Source: Ignavibacteria bacterium
Lineage (GTDB): Bacteria > Bacteroidota > Ignavibacteria > Tepidaquicellales > Tepidaquicellaceae
Reading direction: 5' to 3'
Length of the DNA stretch: 64,000 nucleotides
Assembly (NCBI GenBank): GCA_036508135.1
Contig: DATCHW010000016.1
Coordinates: 2,500 to 66,499 of the forward strand
Shown here: piece after piece, positions 27,397-38,024 of the stretch
How the letters are laid out: each line of letters opens with the position of its first letter
Numbering within the stretch: position 1 is the first letter of the stretch
Position numbers and translations under genes: made by a program
Notes under the pieces: generated by a model
What the model was told of the DNA's origin: nothing
The model's input: the letters and a program-made list of their open reading frames with translations, nothing else
Database searches by the model: none

Positions 27397-27696
27397 CCGG
27401 AACAAATGAAGATATTGGTAAGTAATGAACAATGAAGAGAAAAAACAAGCTATATTTAGATAATCAGTTCTCAAATTGATTGCAAACCGGCAAGAAAACT
27501 TTTAGAATATGAACTTTTAAAAGAAATAACACCGAGGGCATGAAGGAGAAATATTTTCAATATTCATCCGATGACAAAGAGCAGTCAGCGGATGATAAAA
27601 TTATTCTTTTCTTCTCTTTTTCTTCGGGAGCTTCGTGAAATTGTTTTTAATAATTATTTTTAGTTCTGGCTTTATCCGTTTAGATATTATAAAATA

Positions 27697-30663
27697 TCAA
27701 ATTAGCTCTTCGGAGATATTTTTGTATAGGGTATTTGGAAGTGTAATTATAACTTCAGTGCCGGTTGAATTTATAGTTCGTAAACTCAGGTCTTCTATAA
27801 TTACAGGCTGAGGCAGTTCCAGTTCCTGACTTAATAATTGAAGACGTTCTTCGATTATTTTTATTCCTTTAGAAATATGACCTTCTTTCTTGTTTTCACC
27901 GGATTTTTTCAACCCGATTCCATTATCTGTTATTTTAATTACAAGGCATCTGTGCAAATTTGATTCAATATTTACATCCTCAAACCTGAAAGATATTTTC
28001 ACAAACCCTTTTTTGCCTGAATTCATTATACCGTACCATACGGCATTTTCAACGAATGGCTGAAGTATCATATTCGGAATCATAACTGAATCGATATCAA
28101 CATCATCCCCGGCATTAATTTCATAGGAGAATTTATCCTGAAACCTTAACTTTTCTATTTCTAAATACAATGTCAGTCTGTTAATCTCTTCATCTAAAAG
28201 TATAAAACTATTACTCGCTATATCTAAGTTCTTTCTTATTAGCTTAGCCAGTATAAAAATATAATTATTCGCCTCTTCATTTCTGCCCTTGTTAACAAGA
28301 TACTGAACCGAGTTCAGGGAATTGAATATGAAATGCGGATTCATCATTGCGGATAATGCCTGATGTTCTAGTTCGAACATCTTCTTTGAGTTTTCTATCT
28401 TTTCCGCGCTTTTTTTCCTGTTAAGATTTATACTGTATTTAGCTATAAATAAAATAATACCAGCGAAACACAGAAATATCAACAACCGGAACAATATCGT
28501 TTCTATAAATTTCGGTTTAATAATAAATGAAATATTTGAAGGCTCGCTCCATTCACTGTCTCTCATTTTAGCCCTGAAAGAGACGTCGTATTTACCTTCT
28601 TTCAAAGATTTAAAATCAAGAAAATCATTCTCTGTGTTTATCCATTCATTATTTAATTTATACTGATACTTCAAATTTGAAGGAGATGAATAACTAAAAA
28701 CACTGTACAGAATATGAATATCATTGTTCCCGGGTTCAAATTCCAAATCATCAAATTTTGTATAAATTGAGTCGCCTGCTTTGACGTTATCAATTTTGAT
28801 GTTAAGAGACTGATGTTTATAACCGTCAAACATATCTATATCAAAAGAGCTGAAACCGCTGCTCGTGCCTATCCACATAACATTTTTTTCGTTTTCATAA
28901 TATAAAGTTAATACTTCATTAGATGGAAGACCTTGTGCCATATTTATTAATTTTACAGAATTATTCTCCAGTATGTAGAGGCCATTCATATTCCCTATCC
29001 AGATTCTGTCATATTTATCGACAGCAATCGAGGTTGATAAAGAGAGATCATAACCCGAAATGTTCTTAAAACTTGACACGCTGGAATCTTTAAGATTATA
29101 GCATGCTATTCCTTTTTCTCCTGCAAACCAGATTTTATTCCGGTTATCCTGAATGATTGATTTTACGGCTGAGTTTAAAATTTCGTTTTCGGGGAATAAT
29201 TTTTTCTCCCTGTTTTTAATTCTGCATAATCCAAGCGTTGTTCCTATCCATAAATTGTTTTCATAATCCTCAAAAATTTTGTTTACTCTGTTGTTTTTGC
29301 TTTCGTCTCCGATTACACTAAAATAAGGTCCTTCATTCATAGCGTTTGTAATTTTTTTATTCGTAAAGATCTGATTCTGCCAACCGCCCACTAAATAATT
29401 AGTATCCTTTGTCATGCAAAAGGAAGTTCCCTGGAATAAAACGAACTCTGAATTTTTGTAGAATCTTTTAATTACATCGTAATTGTGTAACGACGAACAC
29501 ACATATATTTTATCATTGACTAATTTCATTTCCCGAACGAAATCCGTGAAATTGATTTTTGCTCCGATTTCCAGCACGTTGTATTTTCCGTTTTCTAATA
29601 TATTTATTCCGTTCAGTGTTCCCAGAATCATCCTTCCATTTTTATCTTGTTCTATTGCCTGAACGGTATTGTTGCTCAGTCCGTCTTCCTCACTGTAATT
29701 ATTGATATAAAAATTATGCAAACAAAATACTCCTTTTCCAAATGTACTTACCCATATATTGCCTTCCATATCTTCACAGAAATCATTTACAACTGTTTTC
29801 TGCAATTTTAAATTACTGCCAATATCAAAAATCTTATCCGAACCCGCCGGAATAACATAAAAACCCCTGCTTAATATAGAGAACCAGATATTACCCCGGC
29901 TGTCGGTCATGATGGTAGTAATTTTATCATCTTCAAAACCGGTCTTGATAACTTTTACAACATTATAGTTTTTTATTTGGTAAATTTTACCGGTGGAACC
30001 TGCAAATATATTTCCGTCCTTGCTTTCAAATATGCAGAAAATTTCTGAATCCCTGAAACCTCCTATATTTATTTTTTTAAAATCTTTATTCTCAACTTTA
30101 TAAAAACCGTTCGATGTGGAAGCTAAGAATGTTCCGTCTGAAACTTTGTTTAATTTATTAAAAACGATTGGATTATTATTGGAGTCCGCGCCTAATACAT
30201 AATTTAAAACACCTTCAATTTTTCCGTTAGTAAACAAACACAATCCGCCGGATCCATATCCATACAATTTATTTTGTTCAAGAAATATATAATTAATACG
30301 AACTATTTTATCATCTGATTTTGTATAATTCGTTATATTGCCGTCTTTTAAGATATTAATGCCTTTTTCATAATTTGCGATATATATTTCTCCTTCGCTT
30401 CCTTCCAGAATTGCCGTTATCGTATTCGAATTCAGTCCCTCTTTTATACCATAGTTTTTAAATCTATGTCCGTCAAATCTGCTGATTCCGTTGGCTGTAG
30501 CACACCAGATATATCCTTTGCTGTCCTGGAATATGTCATATACTGTAGAAGATGCGAGACCGTCGCTTGAAGTATAATGGTAGTAAGGCGGAGTTTGAGA
30601 GAAAAGAAAACTATTCAGAGGAATAAATACAAAGATTAATAGTTTAAGTGCTAATTTCATCAT
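27697..30663 (-). CDS. Sensor histidine kinase: periplasmic two-component-regulator propeller/Y_Y_Y region plus LytS-type kinase core
   Basis: 988 aa. Signal peptide and repeated propeller blades (..G.IW..T..G...), one TM segment, His_kinase motif NPHFIFNSLNSVQ, ATPase N-box QPFVENAVWYG. Confidence 0.85.
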   Translation of the reverse strand: MMKLALKLLIFVFIPLNSFLFSQTPPYYHYTSSDGLASSTVYDIFQDSKGYIWCATANGISRFDGHRFKNYGIKEGLNSNTITAILEGSEGEIYIANYEKGINILKDGNITNYTKSDDKIVRINYIFLEQNKLYGYGSGGLCLFTNGKIEGVLNYVLGADSNNNPIVFNKLNKVSDGTFLASTSNGFYKVENKDFKKINIGGFRDSEIFCIFESKDGNIFAGSTGKIYQIKNYNVVKVIKTGFEDDKITTIMTDSRGNIWFSILSRGFYVIPAGSDKIFDIGSNLKLQKTVVNDFCEDMEGNIWVSTFGKGVFCLHNFYINNYSEEDGLSNNTVQAIEQDKNGRMILGTLNGINILENGKYNVLEIGAKINFTDFVREMKLVNDKIYVCSSLHNYDVIKRFYKNSEFVLFQGTSFCMTKDTNYLVGGWQNQIFTNKKITNAMNEGPYFSVIGDESKNNRVNKIFEDYENNLWIGTTLGLCRIKNREKKLFPENEILNSAVKSIIQDNRNKIWFAGEKGIACYNLKDSSVSSFKNISGYDLSLSTSIAVDKYDRIWIGNMNGLYILENNSVKLINMAQGLPSNEVLTLYYENEKNVMWIGTSSGFSSFDIDMFDGYKHQSLNIKIDNVKAGDSIYTKFDDLEFEPGNNDIHILYSVFSYSSPSNLKYQYKLNNEWINTENDFLDFKSLKEGKYDVSFRAKMRDSEWSEPSNISFIIKPKFIETILFRLLIFLCFAGIILFIAKYSINLNRKKSAEKIENSKKMFELEHQALSAMMNPHFIFNSLNSVQYLVNKGRNEEANNYIFILAKLIRKNLDIASNSFILLDEEINRLTLYLEIEKLRFQDKFSYEINAGDDVDIDSVMIPNMILQPFVENAVWYGIMNSGKKGFVKISFRFEDVNIESNLHRCLVIKITDNGIGLKKSGENKKEGHISKGIKIIEERLQLLSQELELPQPVIIEDLSLRTINSTGTEVIITLPNTLYKNISEELI

Positions 30664-31398
30664 TCATAAAGTATTGAGAATCTTCTTTGCTGTATTGATA
30701 AAATCTGCAATTCTTCTTCTCGAAATTTCTACTACACTGCCGTCCTTTAAAGTGATATGACCGCCGTCTATTTTTGAATATTCCTTCACGTAACGCAGGT
30801 TAATAATATGTGATTTATGAATTCTGTAAAAATCATACTTTGAAACGGTACCTTCAAATTCTTTTAATGTTTTTGATATTAATAATGTCTTTCCTTCTTT
30901 TAAATAAACTTTAGTATAACATCCGTCCGCCTCAAATCTGATAATATCATCAATATCAAATACTTCAAAACCATTTGTTAAAGGAAGTGCGATTTTTGAG
31001 GATTTATTAGACAGTGGGAATTTGTCATTTTCTTTTTTAAATGCCAGCAATTTTTTTACTGTCTGTTGAAGTTCTTTTATATTGACCGGCTTCAAAAGAT
31101 AATCTTCTACTCTTTCTTTAACCGCCCTGATTCCAAAATCAGAATGAGCGCTTACAAGTACAACCATAAAATTACGTTTACTGAAACACTCCAAAAAATC
31201 AAATCCGTCTAAAATAGGCATATTAATATCCAGAAATACAACATCCGGTTTATGTTTCAGAACAAGTTCTTTTGCTTCGATAGCCGATTCCGCGGTATCA
31301 ATAACTGTCAGTTCATTACAATAAGATTCAATAATTGTTTTCAGATTTTCTCTGCCGTGTAACTCATCATCAACTATTATCGAAGTTAATTTTTCCAT
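30664..31398 (-). CDS. LytTR-family response regulator
   Basis: 244 aa. Receiver domain (VVFLDINMPILDG). C-terminal LytTR domain (..IIRFEADGCYTKVYL...FYRIHKSHIINLRYV..). Abuts the kinase start. Confidence 0.9.
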   Translation of the reverse strand: MEKLTSIIVDDELHGRENLKTIIESYCNELTVIDTAESAIEAKELVLKHKPDVVFLDINMPILDGFDFLECFSKRNFMVVLVSAHSDFGIRAVKERVEDYLLKPVNIKELQQTVKKLLAFKKENDKFPLSNKSSKIALPLTNGFEVFDIDDIIRFEADGCYTKVYLKEGKTLLISKTLKEFEGTVSKYDFYRIHKSHIINLRYVKEYSKIDGGHITLKDGSVVEISRRRIADFINTAKKILNTL

Positions 31399-31768
31399 GT
31401 GCTATATTATTATTAAAATACACTCTAAAATTTTTACAAAAGAATGAAAGAACTAACTCTACATCTGCTATGCAATTGAAATTATTAATTTGTTGTAGAA
31501 TTTAATATGTTCTTAAGAGTTTCCGAAATAAGCAATTTGTTTTGGGGGAAACGTAGTTCTCTCCGTATATTTTAATTTAATTGAAAAATGGCGTAAATGC
31601 AAATGTATTGCTTCAAGGTAAAAAATCTAAATAATCTATAGAAAGAAAACACCTCAATATCATAAGAAACATCCGGAATGAACCCGGAAACATCAGCACG
31701 GATAAAGAAAGACATGAATGAGTTCTTCTTTATTTAACAGAATAAAAAAGTGGCTGTTAGATGAAGTA

Positions 31769-32395
31769 TTATATTTTCTTCAAAAGCAGTGTTAATATTC
31801 TCGGTAAACTTGTTCTGTTGTTGTCGTCAAAAAATTCGTTGATATCCATAATTTCAAGACCATGCATTTTTGCAGACTGTATGAAGTCCGAAATATTATG
31901 ATTGAAACAGGTTAAAATTTGTTCTCCTGCTTCGGTCTCAAACCGGGCTTTACTGCCTGAATATTGTTTAAAAGGATGCAGTTCGCCAATATAAACATGT
32001 CCGCCTGAAACCATTACCTTTGAAACTTCACTGAATATATTCTCAAGGTTCTCAATATGTTCAAGTACAAGACTGAAACTTACAAGTTCATACTTCCCAT
32101 TAATGAAAGTCCAATTTTTAGTAATATCGGCTTGTTGGAACCGAACTTTTTCAGAAGTTACTCTTTCTTTTGCTTTTGCAAGCATATCGGAAGAAAGGTC
32201 AACCGCAGTAATTTGTTTCGCTTTTGTTATAAACCACTCAGTGTTTTTTCCTGTACCGCAACCAATCTCCAGACAAGTGTCAAAACGAATGTCTGCTAAA
32301 GTTGTCTTCAAAGCCTGAGCCTCAAGGTCTCGTGTTTTGTTATTATCAGTATCGTACTGTTTCGACCAAATGTCGTAAGCTTGTCTTATATCCAT
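31769..32395 (-). CDS. Class I SAM-dependent methyltransferase
   Basis: 208 aa; motif I CLEIGCGTGKNT. Confidence 0.8.
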   Translation of the reverse strand: MDIRQAYDIWSKQYDTDNNKTRDLEAQALKTTLADIRFDTCLEIGCGTGKNTEWFITKAKQITAVDLSSDMLAKAKERVTSEKVRFQQADITKNWTFINGKYELVSFSLVLEHIENLENIFSEVSKVMVSGGHVYIGELHPFKQYSGSKARFETEAGEQILTCFNHNISDFIQSAKMHGLEIMDINEFFDDNNRTSLPRILTLLLKKI

Positions 32396-32487
32396 ATTTA
32401 ATGTTTCAGAGTACTTACACTTAACGGTTCGTGTAAACGAACTTATTTAAATAATTTATATTTTGATTGAATTTAAAAATAATTCAA

Positions 32488-33159
32488 TTAATCCTTAACA
32501 CAACGAACGGACAATCCATTTACCTTATAGTCGAAGTTTCGGTACACATCTAAACCGCGATTATTCAGCATACGATACCACGCCTCGTCGTAATCTACCT
32601 CCAGCGAAGACCAGAAGCAAGCGTACATACCAATATATACGAAGTTCCCATAGAGGCGAAAGCCTGCGGGAAGAACTGAAAATCCGATTTCGTTTGTTGC
32701 TCCTTTATTTGGACTTTCCCATAACTCGGTAGTTTTCAATTTGCCACCGGCAATATCCTTTCCACCCAGATAATCTGTTAATATTGTCCAATCATCGTCA
32801 GTAGATACGTGCCAGCCTTCAGGTGCAAGTCCGCGAGTATCAGTTACGGCATACCAATTATATAATTTGCCGTATGTTGTTCCATTTTCAGTTTTATTTT
32901 CGTAATAGCACCAGGTACCTGTTGTTAAGTTATTCCACTTATCTATGTCTTTTACTTGCGGAATAACATCGCCGTTACGATAGTGTTCAACATTCAGATT
33001 TTCTGCCATCCATACTTGAGTATCGATTGTTACTGTTTTGTATGTATTACCATCAATGTCGGTAACTTGTGAAAAGGATTTGTTTACACCAAAGGTAAAT
33101 ATCAGGGTAACCATTAAGATTGCTTGTAGAACTATGTTATTTTTCATATTATATTTCAT
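32488..33159 (-). CDS. FISUMP (Fibrobacter succinogenes major paralogous) domain protein
   Basis: 223 aa with a signal peptide. D.DGN.YKTV.I..Q.WMAENL, YGKLYNWYAV, PEGWHV..DDDW, GF..LPAG.R. Confidence 0.8.
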   Translation of the reverse strand: MKYNMKNNIVLQAILMVTLIFTFGVNKSFSQVTDIDGNTYKTVTIDTQVWMAENLNVEHYRNGDVIPQVKDIDKWNNLTTGTWCYYENKTENGTTYGKLYNWYAVTDTRGLAPEGWHVSTDDDWTILTDYLGGKDIAGGKLKTTELWESPNKGATNEIGFSVLPAGFRLYGNFVYIGMYACFWSSLEVDYDEAWYRMLNNRGLDVYRNFDYKVNGLSVRCVKD

Positions 33160-33377
33160 AATATTTTATAAAAAAAGTATTTTATTATTTTCACGTTATA
33201 ACAAGTAAAAGATGAATCCTTATCAACTGCCGCATAATTTCCTTTCAGATTACTTTTTATTAGTTCCCGTTTAATCCAAACCGGTCTTGGAAATAATTTC
33301 ACTTTTATTGAGACTCTCGATTGTTGAATAAATTAAGAAATAATATTTAACGTGTTAATTTTAAATATAAAACTATA

Positions 33378-33725
33378 TTATCTTACCTCATAACTTACAT
33401 CTGGTTTCCATTCGTCACCAAATTTTGTATATCTAACTGTTACATCTAAATTAACATCTTTTTCTTCTGTTTGCCCGGTAATATATTTTATAACATTTTT
33501 TGCTTTTACTTTGCACTGTACGACAGTTATTCCAGATACTTGTTCTCTGCCAACAATATTAATATCTTTTATAACCATATAATTTATTCCATCTTTTCTT
33601 TTATTGAAATAATTATTTATATCATCTTTAACAACATCGTCTTTGGGTCCTTTTGAACATCCAACAAGAACAATAATCGTTATTAAAAACAGAATAAATG
33701 AATTTACTTTTAAAATTAATTTCAT
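33378..33725 (-). CDS. Hypothetical lipoprotein
   Basis: 115 aa; lipobox LVGCS after a signal peptide. Confidence 0.6.
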   Translation of the reverse strand: MKLILKVNSFILFLITIIVLVGCSKGPKDDVVKDDINNYFNKRKDGINYMVIKDINIVGREQVSGITVVQCKVKAKNVIKYITGQTEEKDVNLDVTVRYTKFGDEWKPDVSYEVR

Positions 33726-33885
33726 AATGTATGGTTTTAATTATTAAAAAAATAATTTTGTAATTTTAAAACTAATGCAACAATGTATATTAAAACAAAG
33801 AGAAATTTTATTCAATTTTCTCGATATTCCGGATAATTCTTCTTGAGCCAATATTGGAAAGTGAAATATTCAACGATATTAATAT

Positions 33886-34371
33886 TTATTTCTCCTTCTC
33901 TGCAAATATATTCCAGTCTTCACAGGCAATGCCTTCGGCTTTAATGGTTTTGTTTTCTCCTTCGGGTTTGTATGTGCATTTTACGAATCTGAAGTTATTA
34001 ACACCGTTAACATCGGGGTTTAAATTAACGATTAAATCTAAAGTAAATTTTCCATCTTTAACATCAACGTTTTTGTAAACAGATGTGTCTTGCTCCCAAT
34101 TATCTTCAACTCCCATTGTTGCACCATATATGAGAACTATGTTCAAAACGTTACCCTGCGTTGTTATTTCAAAGGTTAATCCTGACTCATAAGTTTCTGA
34201 AGTAGCGTTATATCTCCCTTCGTATTTGGAAATATCCTGCTGTATATTTGTATTAAAGTTAGAGGAACTAACATACTTGCCGGCTCCAGCTACAAAATAT
34301 TCCTGAGAATAGGTTCTTCCGGATAATATAAATGCGGAGAGGACTAAAAAAAGTAAATGAGCTTTTTTCAT
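33886..34371 (-). CDS. Hypothetical secreted protein
   Basis: 161 aa with a signal peptide. Preceded by conserved promoter/hairpin element E1. Confidence 0.6.
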   Translation of the reverse strand: MKKAHLLFLVLSAFILSGRTYSQEYFVAGAGKYVSSSNFNTNIQQDISKYEGRYNATSETYESGLTFEITTQGNVLNIVLIYGATMGVEDNWEQDTSVYKNVDVKDGKFTLDLIVNLNPDVNGVNNFRFVKCTYKPEGENKTIKAEGIACEDWNIFAEKEK

Positions 34372-34410
34372 AATTATTGTTTTTTTAATTCAGTTAATTT
34401 AGAGCTATAA

Positions 34411-34486
34411 ACGCAATAATCCCAATGTAGAGTGGTAGATTATTTGATTAATGAAAATTAGTTAGTTTTTGAAATAAAACAAACGT
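34411..34486 (-). promoter_or_regulatory. Conserved promoter plus 5' hairpin element, copy E1
   Basis: Minus strand: TTTG-N19-TAATTTTC, then AATAATC-N16-GATTATT hairpin, ~45 nt before the ATG. Same architecture at 37251 and 55358. Confidence 0.5.
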
Positions 34487-34540
34487 AAAATAAGAAGATA
34501 TAGGGTTTGTAATTATAAGAACCAAGATATTTGATTTTTA

Positions 34541-34700
34541 ATCCGTTCAATCCAACCGATTGAAAAATGAGCAGTTTTCCACTCATATTGCATTAAACAA
34601 TTCCTCGGTATGATCCTGAATAATCTATTCAATCGTGACACGGAACAGAGCAGCGAATAAATGTATGATCCCTTTTATTAAAACATAATCGTACTCAAGG
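34541..34700 (-). pseudogene. Highly degraded copy of the PHA-granule-like gene 3' part with terminator and flank
   Basis: ..tccgttcaatcc..aaaaatgagcagttttccactcat..caattcctcgg..ttcaatcgtgac..atcccttttatt.. parallels 55495-55640. Confidence 0.35.
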
Positions 34701-34935
34701 GGCAGGTTGGTCTAAACTTTAAAACCGTTAAGAAAATCTAGTCACTTGAATAAAAGACTTTCAAGACTGCCCGATAGTCTATATATCAGCACCTTAAATT
34801 CCACAAATGGCTGTCAATTCAACGTAAAATCAACTACCTTCAATGTAGTCGAAATATCTATATGATATTATCTGCAGTAAGTATAATATTCCTATTTATT
34901 CGTCTTTATTAATTCATAAATATAATCGAGAAATA

Positions 34936-36192
34936 ATGCGTTTAAAAATTTCTAAAATATTAAAGATTAGCATAATCTTCCTCCTGTTTTCAGTTTTTTC
35001 CAATGCTCAGGTTAAAATAACTTCCTATAACCTTTTAAACTATCCCGGAACAGATACTACAACGCGTAATCCTTATTTCCGCACTGTAATAAATTCCATA
35101 AATCCCGATATCCTCGTTGTTCAGGAAATTACTTCACAAGATGCTATAAATGGTTTTTTAAACGGTATTATGAACAGTAATGGAAATTTTTATAGTGCCG
35201 GTACATTTATCAACGGTCCTGATACAGATAACGGAATATTTTTTAAAACCTCTTTGTTTTCTTTTATCAGCAATACTCCTATTAAAACAGCTTTAAGGGA
35301 TATAAATGAATTTAAGCTCGTTTGTCTTTCCAATCTCGATACTTTAAGAATTTATTCTGCTCATTTAAAAGCAAGTACGGGTACTTCAAATGAATTGTCA
35401 AGAGCCGCCGAAGTTGACAGCCTTAGAAAAGTCACCAATACTTTGCCGTTTAATTCATATTTTATAGTTTGTGGTGATTTTAATCTTTATCGTTCAGGTG
35501 AGCCCGCTTATCAAAAATTGCTTGAAATAACAACCGGTAATTATGGCAATTTTAACGACCCTTTAAATATGATAGGAACATGGAATAATTCTGCATATGC
35601 ATCTTATCATACTCAATCATCAAGAGTTCGTTCTTTTGGTGGTGGTGCTTCGGGTGGTCTCGATGATAGATTTGATTTTATTTTATACTCAAGCGCAATT
35701 AAAAATCCGGGTAGATTAACTTATGTTTTAAATTCTTTGACCGCTTATGGCAACGATGGTAATCATTATAATGATTCAATTAATAAATCTCCCAATACAG
35801 TTGTTTCGCAGTTTATTGCTAATGCAATTCATTATGCTTCTGATCATCTTCCGATTTACGCATTGTTCTCTTTTTCAACAATCAGTTCTATCAATTTAAT
35901 GAATTCAAATATTCCTTCGGAATTTAAGTTGTCTCAGAATTACCCGAACCCATATAACCCAACAACAAAAATTATTTTTGATTTGCCGAAGGATGCTAAA
36001 GTCACACTTGTTATTTACGACATTCTTGGCAGGCAAATGGCTAAACTTGCAAGCGGAGAGTACAAGAAAGCGGGAACATACATGGTTGAATTCAACGGTC
36101 AGAATTACGTAAGCGGAGTTTACTTTTACAAAATAGTCGCGGAAGGTGAAACAAAGTATACCGCAGTGAAAAAGATGATGCTTGTGAAATGA
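34936..36192 (+). CDS. Endonuclease/exonuclease/phosphatase (EEP) family protein with T9SS C-terminal sorting domain
   Basis: 418 aa with a signal peptide. ILVVQEI, GDFNL, SDHLPIYALF. C-terminus LSQNYPNPYNPTTKIIFDLP..YFYKI. Confidence 0.85.
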   Translation: MRLKISKILKISIIFLLFSVFSNAQVKITSYNLLNYPGTDTTTRNPYFRTVINSINPDILVVQEITSQDAINGFLNGIMNSNGNFYSAGTFINGPDTDNGIFFKTSLFSFISNTPIKTALRDINEFKLVCLSNLDTLRIYSAHLKASTGTSNELSRAAEVDSLRKVTNTLPFNSYFIVCGDFNLYRSGEPAYQKLLEITTGNYGNFNDPLNMIGTWNNSAYASYHTQSSRVRSFGGGASGGLDDRFDFILYSSAIKNPGRLTYVLNSLTAYGNDGNHYNDSINKSPNTVVSQFIANAIHYASDHLPIYALFSFSTISSINLMNSNIPSEFKLSQNYPNPYNPTTKIIFDLPKDAKVTLVIYDILGRQMAKLASGEYKKAGTYMVEFNGQNYVSGVYFYKIVAEGETKYTAVKKMMLVK

Positions 36193-36425
36193 AGGGATCC
36201 CATAATTAATTTTGCATTAAAGATAAATTCATTTAATTAATATTGTAAGTTTTTTGAGCCTGTAAATATTTTTGTGTTTTTGGTATCCGCATTTAAAAAT
36301 CGAACCTGCATCTTTCTTCAAAGATAATTAAAAATTGACTTAGAATAAGTCCCCAGTTTCTTATACTGTGATTCCATTTTTTTTCGACAAAAAAAGAAAC
36401 GAGTCTAAATCAGTTCATTTTGTGC

Positions 36426-36461
36426 CATTGTTGGTGTTTGAGCGCAGCGACACCAACAATG
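36426..36461. repeat. Perfect 12-bp inverted repeat with a 12-nt loop between convergent genes
   Basis: CATTGTTGGTGT-ttgagcgcagcg-ACACCAACAATG; no flanking T-run on either strand. Confidence 0.8.
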
Positions 36462-36611
36462 TGAGATTGAAATGCATTTGGCGATGATAAAATTTAATTA
36501 AATGTAAAACTATTGGTTATAAAAAAACATCATTTTAAATAATTTGATGCGATATTTGTATAATTTCCATAAAAAGAGAACCGGGGATAAAGTATTTTTA
36601 TGATTCATTTT

Positions 36612-37184
36612 CTAATCTGAATTTGCCAAATCTATCATTATTAAGTTACCGTTTTCAAATGTATAAATTCCTTCATATATAAGAATATATTCACTTTTGT
36701 CATCGATAATGCAATTTACATCCGTCGCATAATATTCCAAAGTGTTATCTGTTTCAACTGATGGTTCACCCAGAATTGATCGAACCTCATTTTTTTGCAT
36801 CCCAAGTTTAACTCCCTTTTTTGAAGTAATATCATCAGTAGATAAATTACACATACTTTTTTTAGTTATGCTCACTGCACTTTCTTTTGCAATTACTATC
36901 TGCTCAGCTCCTCCGTCCATATATCCGAAAATCAGGAACACTTTTTTATCAGGGTCGAAATATGCGTATCCTCTTCCGTGTCCGTAATTGCAATTTGATT
37001 CTATTTCCCCGTATTTATTAAATATATCTGTGAACGGAGTCCAGATGTTAATATTTTTCGTTCCGTAATCAATATAAGAACAGGTGTCTCTATTAATATT
37101 AGATACAACTTGATTTACATCATAGTTAAATCCTGTCAAATTAAGCCAAATGAGAATAATTAAAAGTGTTAAAGATATTTTCAT
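36612..37184 (-). CDS. Hypothetical secreted protein
   Basis: 190 aa with a signal peptide. Preceded by element E2. Confidence 0.6.
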   Translation of the reverse strand: MKISLTLLIILIWLNLTGFNYDVNQVVSNINRDTCSYIDYGTKNINIWTPFTDIFNKYGEIESNCNYGHGRGYAYFDPDKKVFLIFGYMDGGAEQIVIAKESAVSITKKSMCNLSTDDITSKKGVKLGMQKNEVRSILGEPSVETDNTLEYYATDVNCIIDDKSEYILIYEGIYTFENGNLIMIDLANSD

Positions 37185-37250
37185 AAAATTTTTTAAATTT
37201 TCTGTTTTGCAGCTCCTTAAATTTGAATTTAATATTTATACAAAAAAGAT

Positions 37251-37325
37251 CGTAATAATCCCGAGCTATTTTTGGGGATCATTAATTTAATGAAATTTAG
37301 TTACTTGAGGAAATAAAACAAATGA
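37251..37325 (-). promoter_or_regulatory. Conserved promoter plus 5' hairpin element, copy E2
   Basis: Minus strand: TTTG-N19-TAAATTTC, then TAATGATCCCC-N10-GGGATTATTA hairpin. Confidence 0.45.
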
Positions 37326-37475
37326 TATTATAAAAGGTGGTATAATAGTTTTAGGGCAGTAATGCTCTCGTTTTTTTCTGTGGGGAAGGGGTTTTTATTT
37401 TGTTCGTTTTAAAGGAAGGGAATAAAAAAGAAGGTCCCACATTAACTACAGCCATATTTTAAAAAAGCTGTGCTT

Positions 37476-38024
37476 TTATATTATAAACGGTATAAACATT
37501 TTACTTCGTTTCATATATTCACTGTATTTTTCACCAAAGAATTTAATACATTCTTTCTCATCAAATATTGCCGTAAGATAAAGAAATGCAGTTGATAGTA
37601 CTGTTATAAATAACAATAAATCTGTTGTATTCTTTAAAAATATACCCCAGGTTAAAAAAAGTAATGAAGAATAAAGCGGATGTCTTATATATTTAAAAAT
37701 CCCCTTATCTATCAACTCGGAAGTTTTTTCAAATTGATAAAGTGTCTTTTCATATCTATTCTTTACTTGTTTTCCTGTTTTTTTCATAAGAATCACACCA
37801 GTGATAACAAGATAAACTGAAAATATCAGAAAAACCCATGAAAATATCTGTTTAACACTAAAAGGATTATCAAACCAAAATTTACAGTTATTAATTAAAA
37901 GCCAAATAATGCACTCCTCACTAAAGAATCTATAAAAGCCATGACTTTTAATATTAAATAAAGTCCGCCATGAGATAATAATAAGGGGTAAGCTTAAAAT
38001 TCCAAAAACTATTAATTTTTCCAT
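37476..38024 (-). CDS. Isoprenylcysteine carboxyl methyltransferase (ICMT)/phospholipid methyltransferase-family membrane protein
   Basis: 182 aa, multi-TM; motif GIFKYIRHPLYSSLLFLTWG. Confidence 0.7.
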   Translation of the reverse strand: MEKLIVFGILSLPLIIISWRTLFNIKSHGFYRFFSEECIIWLLINNCKFWFDNPFSVKQIFSWVFLIFSVYLVITGVILMKKTGKQVKNRYEKTLYQFEKTSELIDKGIFKYIRHPLYSSLLFLTWGIFLKNTTDLLLFITVLSTAFLYLTAIFDEKECIKFFGEKYSEYMKRSKMFIPFII

